Shown here: positions 25,855 to 34,336 of the stretch, piece by piece | How the letters are laid out: each line of letters begins with the position of its first letter | How positions within the stretch are numbered: the first letter of the stretch is position 1 | Source of the DNA: a virus | Lineage: Duplodnaviria > Caudoviricetes | DNA: 64,000 bases | Strand: one strand, 5' to 3' | Virus record (IMG/VR): IMGVR_UViG_3300047160_000603 | Coordinates: 5,126 to 69,125 of that record | Translations under genes and position numbers: made by a program | The notes under the pieces: generated by a model | What the model was told of the DNA's origin: nothing | What the model saw: the letters and a program-made list of their open reading frames with translations, nothing else | Databases searched by the model: none

Positions 25855-28110
25855 GTGCCACCACTACCACCTAAGTTCAGTAAGGTTACACCACCACAGA
25901 AGACACGTGTGATTGACCTACCACCGAAGCTGAAGGCTTACGGATTCCACGGTGTGGAGATCGAATACAAGTCCAACCAGACACAGGCACAAGGCATCTG
26001 CCCACTGTGCAATAGTGCCAAGTTCTACGCGTCTGTGGACACCGGGATGTGGGACTGTAAGAGTTGCGGCAGGCGCGGTAACGTCTACACGTTCTTGCGG
26101 CACTTATACGAGATGAGCAGTGCCTCCACCATTGCTACTGACTACAGCCAACTCGTGACGAACCGCAAGCTACTGTCGGCTGACACGTTGGTGAAGTGGG
26201 GTGTGGTTAAGAGCGCGTTGACTGGTGACTGGTTGGTGGCTGGGTACGGCATCGATGGGAAACTCAATAACCTGTACAAGTACGCACCAGCCCCAGATAA
26301 CGCCAGCAAGATGATCCTACACGTTACACCGGGTCTCAACCACCAATTGCACGGATTGGATCAGTTTGACCCACGCAAGCCGAATGTGCACATCTGCGAG
26401 GGTCCGTGGGATGGTATGGCATGGTGGGAGCTACTGCGGCAAGCCAAGCGTACAGATACCGGGCTGGCAATGACTACCAACGAGGAGATTAGCCTACTCG
26501 CTGACACCAATGTGATCGCTGTACCGGGCTGCAATGTGTTCCCTGAGACATGGACAGAGCTCTTCGCCGGTAAGAACGTATCATTCCTCTACGACAGTGA
26601 CCACCCTAAGAAAGTAGAAGACCGTACCAATCCACCCGCAGGATGGTCTGGTATGCGCCGTGCCTGTGAGACACTTATTGGATCAGAGCAGCAGCCCGCA
26701 ATCCTACAGGCGATTCTCTGGGGGAAGGATGGATATGACCCCAAGCTGCCCAGTGGTTACGACGTGCGCGATGCGGTGACAAGCGTGGGTGTCATGATTC
26801 CGCACAGGCTGGCAGCCGTGGACAAGCTACTGAAGAAGCTTGAGCCAATCCCTACAGACTGGGTGGCGTCACGCAGTGCTAGCAGCAAGAAGACAGGTAA
26901 GACAGAGATCGAACTGATTGACTGTGAGTCGTGGGCAGACTTACAGTCGGAGTGGGTCAATACAATGCAATGGCATGAAGGGCTGGAGACGTCGTTTCTG
27001 GTGATGCTGGCGTGTGTGACCTCAACCATGCTGCCAGACAGTCAACTGTGGTGTAAGATCATTGGTCCACCGAGTTGTGGTAAGACCACGCTCGTGGAGG
27101 CTATTGCAGTCAATAAGAAGTACACCATTAGCCGCAGCACCATCCGCGGGTTCCACAGTGGGTACAAGGCGGAGGACGGTGAGGACGTGTCGCTTGCGGC
27201 AATGGTCAACACGCGCACACTACTTACCAAAGACGGTGACACGCTGTTGCAGGCACCCAACCTCGGGCAGATCCTTGCGGAGGCACGGGACATCTATGAC
27301 GGGGCATTCCGCACCCATTACCGTAACGGTAAGCAGACAGAGAATGAGAACGTTCGCATGACGTGGATCATCTGCGGCACCGAGAGTATGCGGGAGATTG
27401 ACAGTAGTGAACTCGGCGAGCGATTCCTGGACTGCGTGGTTATGGACGGTATCAACGACGAGCTCGAAGACGAGGTACTGTGGTCCGTAGTGAACCGTGC
27501 AGACCGCAATATGAGCACGCTCGGACAGGACAACCGCACAGACGACAATCGTATGCGTGCCATACAGATGACCGGCGGGTATGTGAAGTATCTGCGGGAG
27601 AATGCGTTCGACCTACTGGCACAGGTACAGTCGGGCGAGGACTCACTCAAGCAGATCATACGCATGGGTAAGTTCGTAGCCTTTATGCGTGCCAGACCAA
27701 GCGGTAACACCACTGCAGAGACAGCCACGCGCGAGTTCGGTGCACGGCTGGTTGAGCAGCACCTACGCTTAGCGAAGTGTCTAGCAGTGGTGATGAACAA
27801 GACCAGTCTCGACGCCGAGGTGCTAGCCAAAGTTAAGAAGGTCAGCATGGACACGTCACGCGGTCTATGCCTGGATATATCTAAGTATCTGTTCAAAGCC
27901 GGTACGGAAGGCCACACTCACAAGACCCTTGCCAAGATCATTAACCAAAAAGATGTACGTACCGAGGAGCTACTGCGGTTTATGCGTGCCATTGGTGCGG
28001 TTGAGTTCTACATCGGTAAGCAGGGGACCAATATGCACGGTCAGGTACGCTGGCGGCTGACGGCTAAAATGGCGTCGCTGTACAGTGCGGTCGGTGCACC
28101 ACAGTTATAG
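25855..28110 (+). CDS. Primase-helicase (zinc finger, Toprim, AAA+)
   Basis: CPLC...CKSC, ICEGPWD, YDSD, GPPSCGKTT, ERFL. Confidence 0.8.
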   Translation: MPPLPPKFSKVTPPQKTRVIDLPPKLKAYGFHGVEIEYKSNQTQAQGICPLCNSAKFYASVDTGMWDCKSCGRRGNVYTFLRHLYEMSSASTIATDYSQLVTNRKLLSADTLVKWGVVKSALTGDWLVAGYGIDGKLNNLYKYAPAPDNASKMILHVTPGLNHQLHGLDQFDPRKPNVHICEGPWDGMAWWELLRQAKRTDTGLAMTTNEEISLLADTNVIAVPGCNVFPETWTELFAGKNVSFLYDSDHPKKVEDRTNPPAGWSGMRRACETLIGSEQQPAILQAILWGKDGYDPKLPSGYDVRDAVTSVGVMIPHRLAAVDKLLKKLEPIPTDWVASRSASSKKTGKTEIELIDCESWADLQSEWVNTMQWHEGLETSFLVMLACVTSTMLPDSQLWCKIIGPPSCGKTTLVEAIAVNKKYTISRSTIRGFHSGYKAEDGEDVSLAAMVNTRTLLTKDGDTLLQAPNLGQILAEARDIYDGAFRTHYRNGKQTENENVRMTWIICGTESMREIDSSELGERFLDCVVMDGINDELEDEVLWSVVNRADRNMSTLGQDNRTDDNRMRAIQMTGGYVKYLRENAFDLLAQVQSGEDSLKQIIRMGKFVAFMRARPSGNTTAETATREFGARLVEQHLRLAKCLAVVMNKTSLDAEVLAKVKKVSMDTSRGLCLDISKYLFKAGTEGHTHKTLAKIINQKDVRTEELLRFMRAIGAVEFYIGKQGTNMHGQVRWRLTAKMASLYSAVGAPQL

Positions 28111-28170
28111 CCACCCCACATCTAAAAACCCCGTATAGACGCAGCTAGACGTCTTAAAAGGAGTATAAGC

Positions 28171-28812
28171 GTGACCCCCTTAACCACGCCTGCATTTACC
28201 CCCACTGCCGCTACCGGGCAGCACGTTAACCGCGAACACTGGCTAACCGATCTTGCCAAGCGCAGCGAGCGGTTCTTTACTAACATCAAGATTCCACCCT
28301 ACAAGCTAACCTGTGGGTGGCCTCTGTCAGGTGGCATGAGTCCGAAGAAGCAAACACTGGGTCAGTGCTTTGACTCGAAAGTCTCTACCGGTGAAGTACA
28401 CGAGCTCTTTATCACACCCCTACTTGACAAGCCACTCGAAGTCGCTGGTGTGGTACTGCACGAGATGACACACGTAGCAGCAGGCGTAGACGCTGGACAC
28501 AAGGGTCGGTTCATACGCATTGCACAGCAGGTTGGGTTGACGAAAGGTAAGCCAGTGCACGCGCTGCCCGGCGAACGCCTAAGCGAGTACCTGCAGAAGC
28601 TGATTGAGCAGTTGGGTCCGTACCCACACACAGCACTGAAGCCCATACTGAAATCCAAGAAGACCAAGTCAAAGGATGTAACGCTGGCGTGTGAAGACTG
28701 CACATGCAAGGTACGCATCACCGCCAAATGGCTTGACGAATCTGGTGTCCCGACCTGTGGATGTGGTGGACTCTTCGAAGAGTACACGCGCGGGTCCTCT
28801 GGAGGAAAGTAG
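28171..28812 (+). CDS. SprT-like metalloprotease with C-terminal zinc ribbon
   Basis: LHEMTH..AG...GHKG.F; C..C...PTCGCG. Confidence 0.75.
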   Translation: MTPLTTPAFTPTAATGQHVNREHWLTDLAKRSERFFTNIKIPPYKLTCGWPLSGGMSPKKQTLGQCFDSKVSTGEVHELFITPLLDKPLEVAGVVLHEMTHVAAGVDAGHKGRFIRIAQQVGLTKGKPVHALPGERLSEYLQKLIEQLGPYPHTALKPILKSKKTKSKDVTLACEDCTCKVRITAKWLDESGVPTCGCGGLFEEYTRGSSGGK

Positions 28813-28815
28813 ATA

Positions 28816-29583
28816 ATGACGCAGTTAGTCCCTTACTATTCCCGCTCTGATGGTCGGTGTAGGGTATACCACGGTGATAGCCTAGAAGTGCTGCCGCGTC
28901 TACCGATGCGGACGTATAGGCTGGTGTTTGCAGACCCACCGTTTAACATCGGCTACGACTATGACAGTATCACCGACCTGTTATCCGCGGCCGAGTTCAA
29001 GAAATGGTGTGAGTCGTGGATTGCGGAATGTATACGGCTCGTGTCACACGACGGCGCAGTGGTGGTCTGCATGGGTGATAGCTACGTGGCTCAGGTGAAA
29101 ATAATCCTCGATGGGTTCGGCCTGACCATGCGCAACTGGATCGTGTGGCACTACACGTTCGGCGTGCACTGCGAGGGTAAGTTTGGCCGCGACCATACGC
29201 ACATCCTGTACTACGTTCGAAACCCGGATAACTTCTACTTCAATGGTGACGCAGTACGTATCCAGAGTGAACGGCTACGTATTGGGGACAAGCGTGCAGA
29301 TCCGCGCGGTCGAGTACCGGGTGACGTGTGGTCGATCCCGCGTCTGGTGGGTAATGCCAAAGAACGTGTTGGCCATCCATGTCAGATGCCAGTAGACGTC
29401 CTAGATCGGCTTATACAGTCACTCACCGAGGAAGGTGATATTATCCTCGACCCATTCGCCGGTAGCGGCACAACGCTCGCCAGTGCCCTTGCTAACGGTC
29501 GTAGGGCAGACGGTGTTGAGCTGAGCCAGCAGTACATCGAGCAGTTCATCGTTCCCAGGGTGAGCGACCAGCCCGCAGCGTGA
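28816..29583 (+). CDS. N6-A/N4-C DNA methyltransferase (beta-class order)
   Basis: ADPPFN before LDPFAGSGTT; HPCQMP. Confidence 0.88.
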   Translation: MTQLVPYYSRSDGRCRVYHGDSLEVLPRLPMRTYRLVFADPPFNIGYDYDSITDLLSAAEFKKWCESWIAECIRLVSHDGAVVVCMGDSYVAQVKIILDGFGLTMRNWIVWHYTFGVHCEGKFGRDHTHILYYVRNPDNFYFNGDAVRIQSERLRIGDKRADPRGRVPGDVWSIPRLVGNAKERVGHPCQMPVDVLDRLIQSLTEEGDIILDPFAGSGTTLASALANGRRADGVELSQQYIEQFIVPRVSDQPAA

Positions 29584-29679
29584 CTACGAGGATTGTCTGG
29601 TGGGCTGTACCCGCTACAATGGTGGTGTGACGTGTAATATGTCACCCGAGTGTGGCGGTACCACGCAAGGAGCTAAAGC

Positions 29680-29976
29680 ATGTCGATTGATCGCTCAGAG
29701 GCTACTGGCTGCCTGGACATTGTGGTTGGTGATGGTGACGTGTTGATTGGTATGCGTGAGATTGGTAGGAGTGGTGTGATGATATGGGTGGCACCACTGC
29801 CAGCCAACCACGGTCTGCCACTCAACGAAGTGGTGTCAGCCCTCACGCCCGTAGCGGGTGGGGTGTACACATCACCGCCGGAGGACACAGTGCTGCAGAT
29901 GTACTTCCTCAACCAGCAGGCACTAGAAAGTTTCGTGGATACATTGGAGATGCTGGGGCGTAAGGTATGGGGGTAG
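29680..29976 (+). CDS. Hypothetical protein
   Basis: RBS AAGGAG, followed by a terminator. Confidence 0.6.
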   Translation: MSIDRSEATGCLDIVVGDGDVLIGMREIGRSGVMIWVAPLPANHGLPLNEVVSALTPVAGGVYTSPPEDTVLQMYFLNQQALESFVDTLEMLGRKVWG

Positions 29977-30006
29977 GCAGCAGTAGCAGTAGCGCGTTAA
30001 ACGCAG

Positions 30007-30038
30007 ACACCACCCTTGATGGGTGGTGTTTTAGTTTT
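30007..30038 (+). terminator. Intrinsic terminator ending the replication module
   Basis: ACACCACCC-TTGAT-GGGTGGTGT plus TTTAGTTTT. Confidence 0.8.
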
Positions 30039-30062
30039 GTCTCGTCTAGATCGTCCGCATAC

Positions 30063-30161
30063 TAATACTAACTAACTAACTAACTAACTAAACTATACTT
30101 GACCCCACTGGACGTGTTAACGTCCAGTATACTGTGGTTTGTTAGTTTGTGTTGTGTTTGT
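30063..30161 (+). repeat. Composite element copy 1: (ACTA)6, TTGACC, 9-bp palindrome with GTTA loop, TATACT, T/G-rich tract
   Basis: ACTGGACGT-GTTA-ACGTCCAGT at 30107-30128. Confidence 0.8.
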
Positions 30162-30279
30162 ACCCTGTTTCTCTGCTTCTCTTACTCGCCCACTGCAACA
30201 CAGAAAGGATTAGTGTCGCTAAGTTGATGGAAGCAGTCCCAAGCCTGTTCCACCGTTAGAACATCGCCTGGAGACAAGC

Positions 30280-30552
30280 ATGATTCTCGTACTGGTGACA
30301 ACGACTATGGAAGAGCTCGCGAGCGTACTGGCTACCCTACACCAGCGTGTAGGTGCACAAGCCAACGCCACCACACTACCGTTGAGTGAGTTGATTGGTG
30401 CTACCCCAATAGCACCAGCCAACTTGCCACCACTATCCACACCACCCACACCAGCACGGCTCGCTGACGCGCCTGTGTGTGACCGTAGTAGACCACAGCA
30501 CCTATTCGTAATCAGGGATGAGCATGGGGAGATCCTACACGATGACTGTTAA
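30280..30552 (+). CDS. Hypothetical protein
   Basis: RBS GGAG. Confidence 0.45.
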   Translation: MILVLVTTTMEELASVLATLHQRVGAQANATTLPLSELIGATPIAPANLPPLSTPPTPARLADAPVCDRSRPQHLFVIRDEHGEILHDDC

Positions 30553-30646
30553 TGTGTCAATGGTATGACATTGGTTAACTGTAGGTGTAGGCTAGGAGTG
30601 GACTAACAATCGCGCGAGACAAGTATCAAAGTGAGGAGTCTGGATC

Positions 30647-31441
30647 ATGGCTGAGAGAGTGAGGAAGCCACGAAAGCGTGACAAGGACACACCGGTCGTG
30701 GAAGATGATGGTAAGAAGTACACTGAGGAGGCGTCAACGGTGTACGACGTTGGTGAGCTGAAGAAGCAGCGTGAGCGAAAGCCATCGGACCACATCACCG
30801 CCATGCAAGAAGCATTCATTGAATACTACGTTCGTACACTTAACAGGAAGGAGGCTGCACTGCTCGCAGGGTACAGCCCTAGGTGTGCGGGCGAGATGGC
30901 GCGACGGCTGCTCAATGGGGTGTACTACCCGCTCGTGGAGCAGAAGATTCGTAAGCTACTCCAGGCACGGCAGCAGGATGCAGCGATGGACGGTGCAGCG
31001 ATTCTACGATTCATACATGCTGTCATACAGTTCAAGCCTGCGGACTGGTTCGTACCCGGTAGTGATGGTGGCTGGGTGGTGGATCGTACTGACTACCACG
31101 TGATGCCAGACAGTATGAAGATGATCATCGAGGAGGTCAAGGCCACCACGGTACAGCTACCGGACAGCACCACTACCACGATGCTAAACGTGAAGTTCAT
31201 CAGTAAGACTGCAATGCTGGCACTGGCGGCGAAGTACCAACTGGGTGACAGGGTAATGGAAGAGCAGCCACAAGCCCAGATCGACTGGTCAGAGCTGTTC
31301 GGTCGCCAGCCGAAGCAACTTGTGCAGGTGAAGGTGATCGGCACGAGTGCGCTACCTACCAAGTCTGACGCGGCATGGAATGACCCCATCGAAGCGGAGA
31401 TCACCAACCTGGAAGCAGGCACTAAGGAACAACATGAGTAA
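30647..31441 (+). CDS. terS: Terminase small subunit
   Basis: QEAFIEYY...N.KEAALLAGYS...A..LL helix-turn-helix; upstream of terL. Confidence 0.75.
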   Translation: MAERVRKPRKRDKDTPVVEDDGKKYTEEASTVYDVGELKKQRERKPSDHITAMQEAFIEYYVRTLNRKEAALLAGYSPRCAGEMARRLLNGVYYPLVEQKIRKLLQARQQDAAMDGAAILRFIHAVIQFKPADWFVPGSDGGWVVDRTDYHVMPDSMKMIIEEVKATTVQLPDSTTTTMLNVKFISKTAMLALAAKYQLGDRVMEEQPQAQIDWSELFGRQPKQLVQVKVIGTSALPTKSDAAWNDPIEAEITNLEAGTKEQHE

Positions 31442-31607
31442 GAAACACACGGTTCAGAGCGTACGCAAGGCTAATGACAGGTACATGCTCACACGATTCA
31501 ACACGGCATACAATGGTCCCAAGCGGGTGGGACGCAAGCCGCTCCGCCAGCCCTCACAGCAACAGCCCACAGCGGTACCCAATCAAGATCAGGTGATCAT
31601 CACCTAG
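31434..31607 (+). CDS. Small basic hypothetical protein
   Basis: Start overlaps the terS end. Confidence 0.4.
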   Translation: MSKKHTVQSVRKANDRYMLTRFNTAYNGPKRVGRKPLRQPSQQQPTAVPNQDQVIIT

Positions 31608-31615
31608 GAGCCAGT

Positions 31616-31945
31616 ATGCCAAGTGAGGAACTAAAACCCGGTCTGCACGTGAAGATCTCCCACAGCCGTGAAGGGTACGACCTGACACTACTAGTGTCAC
31701 ATATGCCCACCCAGCACATCGCCATATCGCTCACACGTGACCAACTGGCACGGTTGGCTAACTTCATTGGTGAGACACTGGTAGACGAAGCCATGCGTTA
31801 TCTGGACAATAATATGCAGGGTCGTCTCGACAAGACGACCAATCGTAGGTTCACCGGTATCCTGGCATGTTACCCAGAACAGTCCGGCGATCAGCTCGGT
31901 GAGCAGCCTACGCAGCAGGTGACCATCATGCCCGAGATCGAGTAA
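31616..31945 (+). CDS. Hypothetical protein
   Basis: RBS AGGAG. Confidence 0.55.
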   Translation: MPSEELKPGLHVKISHSREGYDLTLLVSHMPTQHIAISLTRDQLARLANFIGETLVDEAMRYLDNNMQGRLDKTTNRRFTGILACYPEQSGDQLGEQPTQQVTIMPEIE

Positions 31946-31989
31946 CCAATCCATGTTCGTCACGTTACCCAACCCCATGAGGAGCCTGT

Positions 31990-32502
31990 ATGTCCCTGAT
32001 CCGCAACTTACCCCCAGCCGTGTTCGAGCAGTTGAAGCGTGGTCCACTGGCAAGCCGTGGCTACAACGGTGTGATGATTGACGAATTTGTGGTGGACTGG
32101 CCGAACGGTAACAAGAAGATGATCTGGGTGCTGAAAGGCCACATCTTCAGCCTCATAGATAGTGCAGGCAACCAAGTACCACTGTTCCACGCTGAGTACA
32201 AGGGCAGCCCGGACGGTGAGCAGGTTGCACGGCAGCGTCTACAGTTACTGTGGGAACAGAACACCAAGATGGCAAATGGTACACCACTGTTCAACTTTAC
32301 AGAGTGTCACCTCGCGGACCCGTTCGAGCGTATTAGCAAGAAGCTACGCGACACGGAGTTCCTCAAGATCATTGCCACCTACGATCCGGAGAACAAGGCG
32401 CTGCAGAACGCCATTATGGCTGTGAAGATGCTGGGGTTACTAGCGAACTACGACGTCGTTAATGACGCACCCACACAGCCACCAGTACCCACCAGCCACT
32501 AG
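31990..32502 (+). CDS. Hypothetical protein
   Basis: RBS GAGGAG. Confidence 0.6.
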   Translation: MSLIRNLPPAVFEQLKRGPLASRGYNGVMIDEFVVDWPNGNKKMIWVLKGHIFSLIDSAGNQVPLFHAEYKGSPDGEQVARQRLQLLWEQNTKMANGTPLFNFTECHLADPFERISKKLRDTEFLKIIATYDPENKALQNAIMAVKMLGLLANYDVVNDAPTQPPVPTSH

Positions 32503-32533
32503 CTTACCTTTCCTCCAGAAGACCGGTTATAGG

Positions 32534-34276
32534 ATGAGCCTGATACAGGATCTGCAGGACTACGCACTTGTAGATCCTATGAAGCTGAAGGCGTTCTTAT
32601 GGCCGGATGTCTACTTCTACCGCGAACAACGTCGTATCATCTATAGCACCTGGGATAACGACCAGACGTTCGTGCCTGCTGGCAACATGCTCGGCAAAGA
32701 CTTCACTGCTGGGTTTATTGCCATCGGTGCGTTCATAACGCGGTACCCATGTCGCATCGTTACCACCAGTGCCAAGGAGGATCACCTGCGTGTGCTATGG
32801 GGTGAGATGCTGCGATACGTCCGCACATGCAAGTACAGCCTCGATGTCCGCAAGGGTGGTCCACTGCTGTTGAAGCATCAGGAGATCGAGCGTATCGTTG
32901 ACGGTGAGAAGTGCCCACTGTCATATATCCGTGGCATGGTGGCCAGTGACGCGACAGAGGCTGCCATGCAGGGTCACCACTGTGCTAAGAGTGGTCACAG
33001 ACCGGTAGGTAATGGCAAGGTCACGCCAGATGGAGTGTGGCGCACGTTGTTCATTGCTGACGAGTGTAGTAGCGTGCCACACAACTACTGGCGGCTCGCT
33101 GGCACATGGGCACACCGCATGCTCGCTATCGGCAACACGTGGCCTTGCGACAACTTCTTCAAGCACGCTATTAAGGGGCGTCCCGGCCACAAGTACCGGC
33201 ACCCGCTCACAGGGGAAGATGTAGTAGATCGAGGCGGCGACATTGCAAGGCCACACAAGCAATCCGATTGTACCGCGTGGTCCACTGGTGTAGGCATACA
33301 GCCTATTGACTGCCCAGAGGCTCTAACGAGCTCGCAGGACGCACCGAAAGGGTACATACGCAAGATTATACACATCCGCGCCACAGACTCGCCTAACGTA
33401 CGCAGGGGGCTTGCACAGCAGGCACGGGGTACGGAGCCAGATGGTAAGGTCGTAGTACCGGGCATAAAGGACTGGCAAACGTACCAGCAGAACCTGATCA
33501 TGCTCGACGAGGAAGAGCAATGCGTAAGCCTGAACGCGGACTTCTATGAAGGTGTAGCCATCAAGCTATTCCCGGACGCATGGCTTACACGTGCGGAACA
33601 CTTGGCAAGCAGGCTGCGCAGCAACGGCATCAAGCGAGTCGCACGTGCTATTGGCATTGACCCAGCAGAAGGCGGTGACAAGAGTGCATGGTGTGTGGTA
33701 GACGAATACGGCGTTATCGAACTACTATCCATGAAGACACCTGACACTGATGTGATACCCAGTACTACCATCGCACTGATGATACGGTATGGTGTCAAGG
33801 CAGAGAACGTCATGTTCGATCGTAGTCCCGGTAAGGCACACGCGGATCGTATGCGTGCAGCCGGATACAACGTACGGACAGTAGGGTTCGGTGAGGCAGT
33901 CACGCCAGATCCACGTCGGAACATGCACGTGCCACATACGATGAAGATCGACCAGCGGGAACAACGGTACGCTTATCTCAATCGCAGAGCCGAGATGTAT
34001 GGTGAACTCTCGGAGCTACTGAACCCAGCCGGTGACGGATTCGCACTACCGTTGTGGTACCCTGCACTGCGGATGCAATTGGCACCAATTCCCCGGCAAT
34101 TTGATTCTGAGGGTAGAATGCGTCTACCACCCAAGAACCGCAAAGAATCTGCAAGTAGTAAGACAGTCTGTCTCGTAGACTTAATCGGCCACAGTCCTGA
34201 CGAGGCAGATGCTCTGGTATTGGCAGTCCACGCTATGACCCACAAGGCACCCGTGAACCGTGCGGGCGTAGCGTGA
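32534..34276 (+). CDS. terL: Terminase large subunit
   Basis: VPAGNMLGKDF, LFIADECS, AIGNT, GIDPAEGGD, SPDEADAL. Confidence 0.85.
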   Translation: MSLIQDLQDYALVDPMKLKAFLWPDVYFYREQRRIIYSTWDNDQTFVPAGNMLGKDFTAGFIAIGAFITRYPCRIVTTSAKEDHLRVLWGEMLRYVRTCKYSLDVRKGGPLLLKHQEIERIVDGEKCPLSYIRGMVASDATEAAMQGHHCAKSGHRPVGNGKVTPDGVWRTLFIADECSSVPHNYWRLAGTWAHRMLAIGNTWPCDNFFKHAIKGRPGHKYRHPLTGEDVVDRGGDIARPHKQSDCTAWSTGVGIQPIDCPEALTSSQDAPKGYIRKIIHIRATDSPNVRRGLAQQARGTEPDGKVVVPGIKDWQTYQQNLIMLDEEEQCVSLNADFYEGVAIKLFPDAWLTRAEHLASRLRSNGIKRVARAIGIDPAEGGDKSAWCVVDEYGVIELLSMKTPDTDVIPSTTIALMIRYGVKAENVMFDRSPGKAHADRMRAAGYNVRTVGFGEAVTPDPRRNMHVPHTMKIDQREQRYAYLNRRAEMYGELSELLNPAGDGFALPLWYPALRMQLAPIPRQFDSEGRMRLPPKNRKESASSKTVCLVDLIGHSPDEADALVLAVHAMTHKAPVNRAGVA

Positions 34277-34336
34277 ATGTGTTGCTGAGTGGTATTGGCC
34301 TTCGCCCCTACGGATGTAACACGGAGTCTGGAACTA

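Noticed and set aside
30067-30090. (ACTA)6 here and (TAC)8 at 62126-62149 as CRISPR or DGR repeats
   Set aside because: Simple microsatellites with no spacers; no cas or reverse transcriptase gene seen
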